From positions 85,932,001-85,996,000 of the forward strand of contig NC_043002.1 in NCBI RefSeq assembly GCF_006345805.1: 64,000 nucleotides of DNA, given 5' to 3'. A program made the translations under genes and the position numbers. The DNA is from Octopus sinensis. Taxonomy: Eukaryota. Positions 51,701 through 64,000 of the stretch are shown here, in pieces; position 1 is the first letter of the stretch, and every line of letters starts with the position of its first letter. The notes under the pieces were generated by a model, which saw only the letters and a list, made by a program, of their open reading frames with translations, ran no database searches and was not told where the DNA came from.

Positions 51701-53073
51701 AGTGCTATAGAGGAGGGCAGGCAGAACCAGTGTGCGGAAAAAACAGATCTCGGTGAAGTGAGGCATCTTTTATCTTTTACTTGTTTCACTCATTAGACAG
51801 ATCATGCTGGGGCACTTCCTTGAAGAATTTTTAGTCAAAGAAATCAACCACAGTACCTTTTGTTTTCTTAAAGCCTGGTACTTATTCTATCAGTCTGTTT
51901 TGACAAACCACTAAGTTACAGGGACATAAATAAACCAACACTAGTTATCGAGTAGTGATTGGGGAACAAACACACACGCATGTAAATATGCAATGGGCTT
52001 CTTTCAGTTTCTGCCTACCAAATCCACTCACAAGGTTTTGGTTGGTCTGAGTCCATAGTAGAAGACACTTGCCCAAGGTGACATGCTGTGTGACTGAACC
52101 CAGAACCATGTGGTTAGTCACGCCTGTGCCTATATATTTAATTGGTTTTATTCTTTTATTTGTTTCAGTCATTTCACTGCGGCAATGCTGGAGCACCGCC
52201 TTTAGTTGAACAAATTGGCCCTAGGACTTGTTCTTTGTAAGCCTAGTACTTAATCTATTGGCTTCTTTTGCTGAACTGCTAAGTTACAGGGACATAAACG
52301 CACCAACATTGGTTGTCAGGGGATGTTAGGGAGACAAACACACACACATATATATGATGGGCTTCTTTCAGTTTCCATCTACCAAATCCACTTACAAGGC
52401 TTTGGTCAGCTCGAGGCTATAGCAGAAGATGCCCAAGGTGCCATGCAGTGGGACTGAACCCAGAACCATGTGGTTGGTAAGCAAGCTACTTACTACACAG
52501 TACACTCTGTGTACTAAACTCCTGTGCCTTGTTGCTAGCAGCTAGGTGGCTTGAGGTATATAAAATATGTTAACAAACCTAATGCAGTGAATCAAAGAAT
52601 TCATTTATTAAAACAACTGTAGGGAAGAAAAACATTTGCTTAATGATCAATTGTGGTTAGGAAGAAGAGTAGGGGAGATAACTCTGAAATAGATATTGAA
52701 GGTGTATGTGTAGTGGTAGAAGAACTTGATTTGGGCTAAAATGCCACAGTCTTTGGATATTATAACACATCACATCTGTTAGTTGCATTTGTTCAAAATC
52801 GTTATAAATTTTCTCAGTCATCGAAGATCCTGCAAGTATTGATAAAATTGTGCTTCACTGAAGAGGTCTGATGAGAGTGGAACATGTCTCTAGTTATCAC
52901 CGTACTTGCTTTCTGCTGCATGCTTTCATTCAGACTCAGTCTCTTCTACTTTTCTTGACCAGAAATAATCAGCATCACTCTCACTATCACCTTCATCATC
53001 ATTTATTACCTTATTATTTTATGTCTGCTTTCCTTATTGGTATGAGTTGGGCAGGTTGTTACTACTAACACCA

Positions 53074-53135
53074 TTTAATTTACAAACTGGTAGATTTATA
53101 ACCATTCTTATAAATCTACCAGTTTGTAAATTAAA
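53074..53135. repeat. Perfect 28-bp inverted repeat with a 6-nt loop
   Basis: tttaatttacaaactggtagatttataa-ccattc-ttataaatctaccagtttgtaaattaaa. Confidence 0.95.
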
Positions 53136-54562
53136 ATTCTTGATATATACACCAATGGTTTTTACATGCCACCATCAACAGCGTGGTCTGTTTTGGCATG
53201 GCTTTCAAAACCAGATGCCCTTCCTAATGCCCACCATTTTACAGACCAACCATATATATATGCAGCGTTGACCAAAAGTCTCCTGACAGTAAATCAGAAC
53301 CCAATTAATTACAAGATTAAAACAAAAAATTATTTTATACAAGACTTCGCTAATAGATAGACAAATGTTGGAAAAAAAACAAAAAAAAAACTGATTTTTA
53401 ACTCACAGCATTCAATTATTAAGCATTCATAATTAGAATGAATAAATAAAATTGAATATTAAGTATTTATGGGATTTTGATTTACTGTCGGGTGACTTTT
53501 GGCCAACCCTGTATATGTATGAGAATTATACCCAAGTTTATATCATTAGTTTCTATGTATGTTCAACCATTGTGATTGCTTGGAATGACAGCATTGGATG
53601 TTCCAAGAGCAATTGAATTCTTTACCAGTACTTTTTAGAAATTAAAATTCTTTATATATATCATCATTTGACAAGAGCTGGTAAGCCAGAGGACTGCACC
53701 GCACTCCACTGTCTGTTTTAGCATGGTTTTTATAGCTTGATGTCTTTCTTAATATCAACCACTTAACAGAGTGGACTGGATGGTTTTTACATGGCACCAG
53801 CTCCACTGAGGTTTGTTTTGGTATGGTTTTCATGGCTAGATGCCCTCCCTTATGCCAACCACTTTACAGAGTGGACTGGGCACTTTTATGTGGCACCAGC
53901 ATTGGCAAAGTCTGTTTGGCATGGTTTGTACAGTTGGATGCCCTTGCTAGTGTCAACTATTTTACAGACCAACCATATACATATATATATATATATATAT
54001 ATAAACATAAGAGAAAACTACCTTTAATAGGTAATTTTTACATGCTAGAAGAAGCAGTCAAAACGACCAAAACCACATTTTAAGAGCAATTTTCGAAGGG
54101 AATGAAAAATAAAAACTTTTACCTAGTTATTTTTTATGGTCATACCTAGGTTTCAGATTATTTTAGCAAATAAAATAATTTGCTAGGCAAATATATATAT
54201 ATATAGTTGTGTGGTAAGAAGCTTGCTTTACAACCACGTGGTAACAAGTTCAGTCCCACTGTGTGGCACCTTGGGCAAGTGTCTTCTACTATAGCTGCAG
54301 GCCAACCAAAGCCTTGTGAATGGATTTGGTAGACAGAAACTGAAAAAAAGCATGTCGTATATATATTATGTGTGTTTGTTCACCCATCACTTGACAAACA
54401 ATGTTGGTGTGTTTTCATCCCCATGTTTGGCAAATGAGGCCGGTAGAGTAAGCACCAGGCTTACAAAAAATAAGTCCAGGGGTTGGTTTATGCAACTAAA
54501 AGGTGGTGCTCCAGCATGGACACAGTCAACTGACTGAAACAAGTAAATGAAAACAATAAAAG

Positions 54563-54607
<45 letters not shown>

Positions 54608-55486
54608 AGTGCTGCATCACTGGCCACTGTGCCAGTGGTACGTAAAATGCACCCACTACACTCTTGAAGTGGTTGGCATTAGCAAGGGCATTCAGCTGTA
54701 GAAACCTTGCCAGAACAGATTGGAGCCTGGTGCAGCCATCTGGCTTGCCAGTCCTTAGTCGAACCATCCAACCCATGCTAACATAGAAAGTGGACATTAA
54801 ATGATAATGAGAATTATAATGAACCCAAGTTTATATCTTTAGTTCTTATGTATGTTTCACTATTGTGATTGTATGGAACTCTGCACTGGATGTTCCAAGT
54901 ATAATTGGATGCTTAACCACAACAGATATTTGAGGAGTATTTTATTACCTTATGGTATAGAGAGCTAAAGTCTTTGTAACATAATGCAATAGTGTATTCA
55001 CCAATGATCCATTATGGTTAAGCATCCAATGTTTTTGGAACAGCCTATGCTGAATTCCAAACAACCACTTTGATGAAATACATGTGTTGCACAAAAACAA
55101 AGAGATATAAATTATTGAAATTATTTTCACGTTGAGAGACGATAAACAAATCCCTAGTGGCAATTGTGACCAACTCCAAATGAGAAGGTGAGGTAGTCTC
55201 AAGACTCAAGAATTTCTCTGAAATTGACATGCCAATAAGGAAAAGACAGTGTTTTATGTATTTATTATTTATACAAGCCAAGAGGAGACTATGGACACAG
55301 TTTTTTGCTTCACTATTACACCAGTTTATCTATTCAAATTCGTTCAGTTACAAAATTAGTTGCTTGCATATATATGTGTGTATATATATATATATATATT
55401 TCATTTGTAAACATTTCTTAAGACGTTACTGTCTGTTCTGAAATTATAAAATTTCATCATTTCAAATCACTGTTTCATTTCTACAG

Positions 55487-55599
55487 GTTTGCTTCGAAGC
55501 TTGGCTCCCACCGGACCAGATGGAAAATCAAACTATATACCTCCATATAAATATTTGAAATACAATGTACATTATGTAAAAGCTCCAAAGAGACATTAA
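55487..55599 (+). CDS. MRPS18A: MRPS18A exon 5 (terminal)
   Basis: ctacag|GT TTG... encodes LLRSLAPTGPDGKSNYIPPYKYLKYNVHYVKAPKRH*. AATAAA at 55614-55619. Total CDS is 504 nt (167 aa plus stop). Confidence 0.85.
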
Positions 55600-56371
55600 T
55601 TTTTTTCTTTTGTAATAAAGTATTTATGAATTTTTTATTGAGTCTTATTGTTTTCATCACAACCATTATACAATGCCACACCAAAATATCCAGCAAATTT
55701 GTGACCAGAAGTGGACTGGATTATCCAGTTTTCTGAAGACGGCCTAAATATATACTTAAAATATAAAATAAACTATGAAAAGTAAGGAGCCAAATTTTAT
55801 ATGATAGATTTAAATTAATGAATTTTTAAAGCAGGGTCTGTTAGATATTTATTAATCTGCTTAAAATTCTCAAAATAAGTCATACTGAACCATATATACA
55901 ATAGGATGGAAATTAAGTAAAAAGAACATGATTTTATTGAAGAGACAGGTACAAATTTATACAAGTCTAAAGCAGAGTATGTTTAATCTTTACGAATCCA
56001 CATAAAAAACAAAACTATTTTTAACACAATGTATGCAAATTAACCAACTTCATAAACTAGGTTTGTTTTGCTCATTACAGACTACAGTATATTGCATGAT
56101 ATTGTAAAGTATTCCCAATTTCTGGAAGTCAGATAATAGGTCTGGTACTGTATCTTTTATTTCTTTGCCGTATTTAATTCCATCCATTTATGTTATCCCT
56201 CTCCCTCCCTCACTTTTCCTGACAACATGGATAAAATCTTTTGCATCATAAAAGCAAAAATCCTCTTGTGACACTTCTCTCTCTCTCTCTGCTGAATGAT
56301 GCTAGATAGGTCTGAAAAAAGAAATGCAAAACATCTCTCTACTACTGCTCATGTTTCTTTTATATATATAA

Positions 56372-57047
56372 CTAGCAGTATAGCTTGGCATTGCTCAGGT
56401 TTATTTTTTAGTTGTGCTTAAAATGGCAGACTTTGCTGTCGTGTTAACAAAGTTTTGACGTAGTTTCAATCTTCCTTGAAAAGTAAAAATTTTGCATTAT
56501 GTAGCTTGTTATTCTCTTTAAGTGAACATTTTTCTGGTTGAAATACACCGAAAAATGGCAACACAGCTGTCAAAAAAATCATAAAAAATAAGGATTTTCA
56601 TAGAAAAAAAGCATTTTTTTGATGTAAATAATTTTTGGTGTTAACATGGTCCGATTTGAACTTTTTCTTCTACTGAAGGAAGAACAAGCCTTCTATCATA
56701 CTCTCAATTTTGGTCAACTTGCGCTGCAGGGTCTCAGAGAAGATAGTGTTAGTTGAAGGCTACCAAACCTATTTCTTTACTGCCCACAAGGGGCTACACA
56801 CAGAAGGGACAAACAAGGATAGACAAACGGAATAAGTCAATTTTACATCGACCCAGTGTGAAACTGGTACTTTATTTATCAACCGCGAAAGGATGAAAGG
56901 CAAAGTCTACCTCGGCGGAATTTGAACTCAGAACGTAACGATAGATGAAATACCGCTAAGCATTTCACCCGGCGCGCTAACGTTTCTGCCAGCTCGCCGC
57001 CTACCAAACCTGCCACACACAGGCAACTTCAGCTTTATATGTATAGA
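56372..57047 (-). mobile_element. Non-autonomous Helitron with a nested family A SINE (56771-57000, TSD ctaccaaacct)
   Basis: The minus strand begins A|TCTATACATATAAAG and ends CTAG|T, with a decayed subterminal hairpin region and no TSD. Confidence 0.75.
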
Positions 57048-58092
57048 TTTGCAGGTGCAGATGTTGTAAGATGTATGCTTCCCAACCACAATGTCTTAGG
57101 TTCAGTCCCACCAAATGGCACCTTGGGCAAATGTGTTCAACTATAGCTCCATATTCAAAACATTATACACCCACTCCTTTTTTAATCTCATACTGAGCAT
57201 CAACCTAGTACATTGAGCTGTTCATTGTTCAAAAGAACTTGGGGAAATATTATCCATTCTGGAAACAGGTGAGGGTTGGCAACAGGAAGAGCGTCCAGCT
57301 GTAGAAAAATCTGGTTGAACAAAATTTCATCTGACCTATGCAGCAAGAATGGGAAACTTGATGTTAAACCAATTGTGATGAAGTTTAACTGCTGCCAACA
57401 TGAAAGTTGAAAACATACATTCTGTATAATGAATGAGCTTTAAAACAATGAAAATATTTGAATAACTTTTATTGAGTGATAAAACATTAAGCTACAGTGG
57501 TAATAACATATGTTCAATTTTGGGATACAGCAGGACTATTAGAAACGTTCTAAAAGAAATAACAAAAACAAATCATTTGTTAATAATAATAATAATAATA
57601 ACATAACAAAACAACAAGGATTGAGATATTGATATTTTTTTTATAGATTTAGATGAAATTAGTGGTGGCATAACAGTTTATGTAAGCTTGGGTTTAGTCA
57701 TGTATCAGTAGCCACAGTATTAGTAGCAAAGAGAACATGTGTAGAATTGGATCTGTAGTACTTATCATAGTGTTTATTTGGCTTACACTACAACCACTCA
57801 CACACATAACACTGAAGATGCTATCACTCAGTCTCTCATTCAGTCCTATAAGTATAATAATAATATTTATGTGAATATAACAAACCTTTCCATAGAGTGG
57901 AGATTAATCAAGAAATTAATTAAATTTTTAATTGATTAATTAATAATGTAATATCAATGGTGACTGTCTTATAAAGTGCAATTATTATGTTCCTCTCTTT
58001 TCAGCACTATATATATATATATGTATATGTAATGGGAGTTCCATTGCATTATTCCGTGGTTTCTGCACTTCATATCCTCCAGTCACTATTGC

Positions 58093-58125
<33 letters not shown>

Positions 58126-59775
58126 TACTCACACACAGACAGATACACACACACAAATGCTCACTCATACTAAGTTGGTTGTTTTCACAGTTTAAGATAA
58201 CTTTAAGAAGTTACCTAGTTCCTTGATAATTAACAAAAAGAACTGAAATATCTCTAATGAGAAATATATATAATACATAAGTTAAACTCACTAAAATGGT
58301 ACCCATTTATGTTTTCCTGGAACTAGCTGGCTAAAACAATGTCACCAAACTATTCCAATAGTCTGGAAATGATCCTCAAATTAATTTGGCATTATCACAT
58401 AATTTAAATGAATTGCTTTAGCTCAATATTCGATTTCAAGTACTTTATTCTAGTCAATATCCTTGTATTTTTCTCAGAGCAGTTGACTATCATGTCTTGT
58501 AAGGTAAAAAAAAAAAGCTATTGCAAGTGTTTTAAATTCCTTAATGATAATATAGAGAAAAAAATTATATTTATATAAGTTGATAGTAATACAAGTCTTT
58601 GAAATATCACTGGATATAGTATGAGTTTAATAAATACTAGAAAATTATCTAGTAGAAATAAGTTAATATCGGAATTGATCAGGCTAATCATATAACTTAT
58701 CCAATCACCAGATACTGTCGTCTGAAGTCATGAAAATGTTATTTCTTAGAGAATTATTTAAAGATATTTGTTGTTTTAATTAGTTACAAATAAATATTTT
58801 CATAATTAATTAATCACCTTTTTTTTAAAAAAAAATTATGTTAATACATTATATTTTTATAAAGTAAATTAATAATTCCTTTGTTTGTATTATTTTCCTT
58901 TCACCATTTCTTTGTCATTTTAAAGTCATAAATACCAAAAGACTTTATAATTCATTCAATGAAATCAAGTCTTAGTAACAGCCCAGTTATGCTATCAATC
59001 TTGAAATGAAGGAAATGGTATTTCAATTTTTTTTTTTACAGACGAATCCCACTTTCCATCTTCAAAATGTCACCTAGCCATTTGAAGAAATATATCTTTC
59101 ATCTCAGTTCTTTAATTTGACAGGAAATGAAAAGAATAAAATAAGTCGTGCAGAGTATTTTTCTTCAGTTAGTAATTATAATTTCTTTTTTAAAATTTCA
59201 TAAAAAATAAAATTCTTTGTCTTGTCAATTGTGTTGAAATATTTTTTTCTTGTGTTTTGAAAAAAAAATGTATAGAGATCACCAATGTTCGTTTTTCTTT
59301 AAAGCATTTGAATTAAAAGAAAAACTCACCAAAATTTTGTTTAGATATATAAATTAAACTTGGCTAAAATGTGCAGTTCCAAAATCAATTAAGTCAAATG
59401 AAGATTATTAAATTTGTATAATTTTATATATCAAGATAAAGAAGAACAAAATAAGGTTCGCAGAAGATTAAAAAAAAACCTTTGCCATACAACAAAAAAA
59501 TGGGATAAATGTATAGTTATGTTCTGATGAAATATATAACGTCAAATAAATGTATTAAATGCATTAATTTGTGCATTTAAATCATATACCTGTCCATTTT
59601 TAGTTAAAATCTATGGTTGTTAAGCCTATGTAGCATAGCCAGGTGTGAATAGTTAATTAAGCTGTCCCTGAGCTTCTATGGTACACTGTATCAATACAAG
59701 AACACAATTGGGGGTGGGGTGTACCAAAGCATCTGTGGTACTATTGAATATTATTTAACAAACAAACCAACTAGC

Positions 59776-59902
59776 TTATTTTCCTTTCAAATCATTTTGC
59801 CAAGGAGGTATCATGTTGCCTTCTCCATTAACTACACCACGAGAGGCTACTTTGGGTGCTGCAAAGAGTTGTGATTTGGTCTCCTTTTGAATTTGAGAAG
59901 CT
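59776..59902 (-). CDS. Espin/forked-like actin-bundling protein, terminal coding exon
   Basis: Poly-T tract and cttttcag acceptor. Encodes ASQIQKETKSQLFAAPKVASRGVVNGEGNMIPPWQNDLKGK*. Phase 2 matches the upstream exon, and PWQ recalls the espin C-terminal APWQ. Confidence 0.6.
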
Positions 59903-61446
59903 CTGAAAAGACAACCACAAAAAAAAAAAAAATTAATATTAGTTTCGAGAAATTTTACATGTGTTTTCCAAGCTACTATGAGTTAGACAAATACATATAG
60001 CTAAGACGTTGTTTTACAGATGAATGATCTACCGGTCACTAACTCTTTTAAGTAAGGGAGTTTTCATTCAAAAGCATTGAGCTATTGGATGAGTTGTTGA
60101 GAAGAAAATGTTACAAACATTACCCACCATAGCTGAATATCTCACGCAATGTGCAGAATATAAATGTTTACATACATATATCATTTAATATATCCAAAAG
60201 ATTTAAATGTGAGCTACTAATAAATTTCATGCTTCAGAAAATACAATGGTTGAACAAGCTTGTATAGTGTGCTGTGTATTTTTAGGCAATCATTCAGACT
60301 CAAAATACAACAAGGCTGCTATTTGAGACACCCACATATACACACAACGGGTTTTGTACAGATTCCATCAACCAAATTCACTCACAAAGCAATGGTTGGC
60401 CCGAGGCTGTAGTAGAAGACACTTGCATAAAGTACTGTGCTATGTGGCTGAACTTGAAACCAAATGAATGACTGTCTAGTCACACCTGTACTTATTATGG
60501 ATTATATTGCTTTTACATAACTGATGCATTCAAAATAGTTTTAACAACTGAGATGGTCTTTTGCTAGACCCAGCTAGCAAATTTTTACAATGAAATGCTG
60601 TTTATTGCTCCTTTAATTTCAGTAAATTTTATATGGAGATTAATAACAGTTACAGAGGGGATCAGTAGTATAAATTCATTTCAGCACAAGGTATTTTACT
60701 ACAAATCAACAAGATTGCCTGAAATTGATTTTGTGAGCTGCTAACAATAGCAACTAAATCTCCCTCTATATTCAGAAAGGAAAGAAGGACATTTGATAAT
60801 GAAGTTCTAGATACAGTATGCCTGAAAAAAAGATAAGGTGGTCATCACCAGAACATGACTAATCATAAGACTGCTATGCCAAACTAAATAAACAACTATG
60901 TGTTATATGTAAATAAATGTGCTTCATCTTCCTGTAAATATTTAACCCTTTAGCTTCAGATTATTCTGTCAAATGTAATGCTTCTTTATTCACATTGTTT
61001 TGAATTAATCATGCATGAATTTGTAGCTTCAAGATTTTGATGATGTGATTGTATATTTTGAGCTTGACAATATAGACTAGGTGTGTGAGGCTGGTATGAA
61101 CATAAAAACAGGGAAAATATTTAGGCCTGATATAGCCAGTTTAAAAGCTGAGGGGTTAAGGCTAGAAGCAAAGGTAAAGATTATGCTATAAAACACTAGA
61201 TTATCTGATTTAGTTACAGTATACTAAATCAACAAAAAATGTTTTTATCCTCTAGAAGAAACCAACGTTGTTGTCTAGGAAAATAAAAGCAAGGATCTCA
61301 ATGATATACATAGAATATGATGAAAAATGCAGGTCTATGTTGAATTTTATTTCCTGAACTCTGTTACACTCATTTTACTTTACAGAAAATTACTAACTTT
61401 TAAAGAAACAGACATGGGATTTTTTATTTCCATGGTATATGCTTAC

Positions 61447-61526
61447 TTGTTTTCGGCTGATTTCTTCTGCATAAGAGCTCGTTTCCAAGCAGGAACATTT
61501 TTAAAACGGGCTTCTTCTTCTGCCTG
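61447..61526 (-). CDS. Espin/forked-like protein, penultimate coding exon (NAGNAG acceptor)
   Basis: tttttcag|CAG|GCA...AA|gtaagc. Encodes [27 protein letters not shown], resembling the espin actin-bundling module [20 protein letters not shown]. Confidence 0.65.
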
Positions 61527-61680
61527 CTGAAAAAACTAATTTAGTGTGAGTAGTCTGTAACAATGACTCAAAAGAATGGTTAAGCAATCACACACCAAAG
61601 TTCTTGAATATTAAATGTATGACATATACATATTTACAGCTGATTTCTTCTGCATAAGAGCTCGTTTCCAACGATATTTG

Positions 61681-61711
<31 letters not shown>

Positions 61712-61815
61712 GCATATATACACATATATATGAATATACATATATGCATATATACACATATATATGAATATACATATATGCATATATACACATATATATG
61801 AATATACATATATAT

Positions 61816-62296
61816 ATATTGTTATATTTCGGAATGGTCATATTGCCAGTTTAGCCAATAAAAACACACGCACTATATATTTGGTGTTATTTTGCTTCAG
61901 TGATATTTATTTTTTACATTAATCTTAATCTTATTTCGGCCAAAGTTCTTTCGTCACACTCCTGTGACCGCATCAGTGGTCCTTTGTTTTCTTCTCACTT
62001 ACTTGTGTCTCTCCTTACTAACCGTCAGCCATTTTGTATTTCTATTGTATGTCTTCATTTACGCATGCTTATATCTCTATGTGCGTCTGTGTTTATTTAG
62101 TGTGTGTGTGGGGGGGGTGCCTGTAATATTTGTATCTTCTGGTTATATACATTCTTGTAATTTGTATTTTGTTTTTGTTGTTGTTGCTTTTGTTCTAATT
62201 TTGTTCATGTGTTTACATCCACCCATTATTATCATTACATATGCTTGTATGTATGTGTAACAACAATATTAGTAATAATAATAATAAATCTAATTG

Positions 62297-62386
<90 letters not shown>

Positions 62387-62924
62387 TTTCAATTAGATTT
62401 ATTATTATTATTACTAATATTGTTGTTATACATACATACAAGCATATGTAATGATAATAATGGGTGGATGTAAACACATGAACAAAATTAGAACAAAAGC
62501 AATAACAAAAACAAAATACAAATTACAAGAATGTATATAACCAGAAGATACAAATATTACAGGCACCCCCCCCACACACACACACTAAATAAACATAGAC
62601 GCACATAGAGATATAAGCATGCGTAAATGAAGACATACAATAGAAATACAAAATGGCTGACGGTTAGTAAGGAGAGACACAAGTAAGTGAGAAGAAAACA
62701 AAGGACCACTGATGCGGTCACAGGAGTGTGACGAAAGAACTTTGGCCGAAATAAGATTAAGATTAATGTAAAAAATAAATATCACTGAAGCAAAATAACA
62801 CCAAATATATAGTGCGTGTGTTTTTATTGGCTAAACTGGCAATATGACCATTCCGAAATATAACAATATCTGTTTCAACACACGACTTCACATAAAAAAT
62901 CTTGCACAACAATATTTAAACGTA
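61816..62924. mobile_element. Fold-back palindromic element in a (TA)n array, copy 2 (longer arms, opposite orientation)
   Basis: ~490-bp arms joined by A-tract-(TA)n-T-tract, with a one-sided tail at 62870-62924. The outer 220 bp are identical to copy 1. Confidence 0.78.
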
Positions 62925-63068
62925 CATATATATATATAATATATATATATATATGTATACATGTATATGTACTTATATATATATATATATATAGATGTAT
63001 ATGTATATATATATATAGATGTATATGTATATATATATATATGTATACATGTATATGTAGATATATGT

Positions 63069-63125
<57 letters not shown>

Positions 63126-63134
63126 CATACATAC

Positions 63135-63167
<33 letters not shown>

Positions 63168-63280
63168 GATAGATATGTATATATATGTATACATATATAT
63201 AGACATATGTATACACACACACATATATATACATATAAATATATATGTATACACACACACACACATATATATATATATAT
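62925..63280. repeat. Compound (TA)n/(TACA)n/(CA)n microsatellite, representative of many arrays (e.g. 3180-3425, 3790-3940, 19320-19447, 24174-24240, 63840-64000)
   Basis: Directly visible simple repeats; these are the source of the [12 protein letters not shown] ORFs. Confidence 0.95.
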
Positions 63281-64000
63281 GTAAAATACAAAATGGGACA
63301 AGAATGCAAAACATATGGACAGTTAGGTGATACAAAAATGAAACAACAAAACATCCAGATAGACGATACAAAGAATACAAGGATGGGTCATTCGATATTT
63401 CCTTTCCTCAGCTGAGTTCCAGATTATCTTCCCAATTTTTGGCAGATTGCTCCAATCTGGCCAGCCCCAAAGGAAAACTAAGCTAAGAGCATTAGATTCC
63501 TTGGAAGAAAGTAGTGAATGTATACAAAAACAAGGTCGGAAAAAAACGGACAATGTTACACAAATACAATAAAAATAATAACAAGACATAATAGCAGGTG
63601 TCTTATGAGTAAGGACGAATTAAATTAAGCTGGCATGTGTGGAAATAAAGCCTTACGGTAGGGATGCAAGATTTCACAGGCACAGGGAGGAATATCGATG
63701 TTGCACAGACAACGGCCAGACCAAGAAAGAAAGATCAGGTTTGGCCGAATGCCGGTCACGTGGGAAGAGAAGAGGGTGAGGTAGAGGCAGAGGGACAGAA
63801 GAATTAAGGAAGGGTTAAAAAAATGACAGGGACACAACATATATATAGATATACATCTATACATATGTATTCATATATATACATATATATATATGTATAT
63901 ATATATGTATACATATATATATGTATATATATGTATACATATATATACATATATATATATGTATATATATGATGTATACATATATATGTGTATATATATA

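Noticed and set aside
61700-61810. CRISPR-like regularly repeated ~34-bp units
   Set aside because: These are head-to-tail TA-derived minisatellite units without unique spacers, in a eukaryotic context with no cas genes.

Overview
AT-rich, repeat-dense animal genomic DNA, most likely an octopus or other coleoid cephalopod; this is inferred from the SINE families and the abundance of (TA)n/(CA)n/(CAT)n arrays. Most ORFs in the supplied track are microsatellite or SINE artefacts. Manual splicing recovers four host genes. (1) Exon 1 of the mitochondrial citrate carrier SLC25A1 on the minus strand; the rest lies left of the window. (2) A complete 7-exon tektin-1 gene (+, 405 aa), head-to-head with SLC25A1, with a perfect RFX X-box 38 bp upstream of its ATG. 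(3) A complete 5-exon MRPS18A/mL66 gene (+, 167 aa). (4) The last two coding exons of an espin/forked-like gene (-). Introns contain decayed Tc1 and mariner transposons, RTE and CR1 LINE fragments, tRNA-derived SINEs, piggyBac-like (TTAA), GG-terminal 8-bp-TSD and hAT-like MITEs, and a non-autonomous Helitron. The most striking unexplained structure is a young element inserted in (TA)n arrays, present twice (10.3-10.8 kb and 61.8-62.9 kb). Each copy is a long fold-back palindrome with the same asymmetric ~54-bp tail, and each arm carries a hammerhead-ribozyme-like fold. Several other (TA)n-embedded inserts also carry minimal hammerhead cores. Together these suggest a family of microsatellite-targeting, Penelope-like or retrozyme-like non-coding elements. 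All calls were made by eye with no database search.
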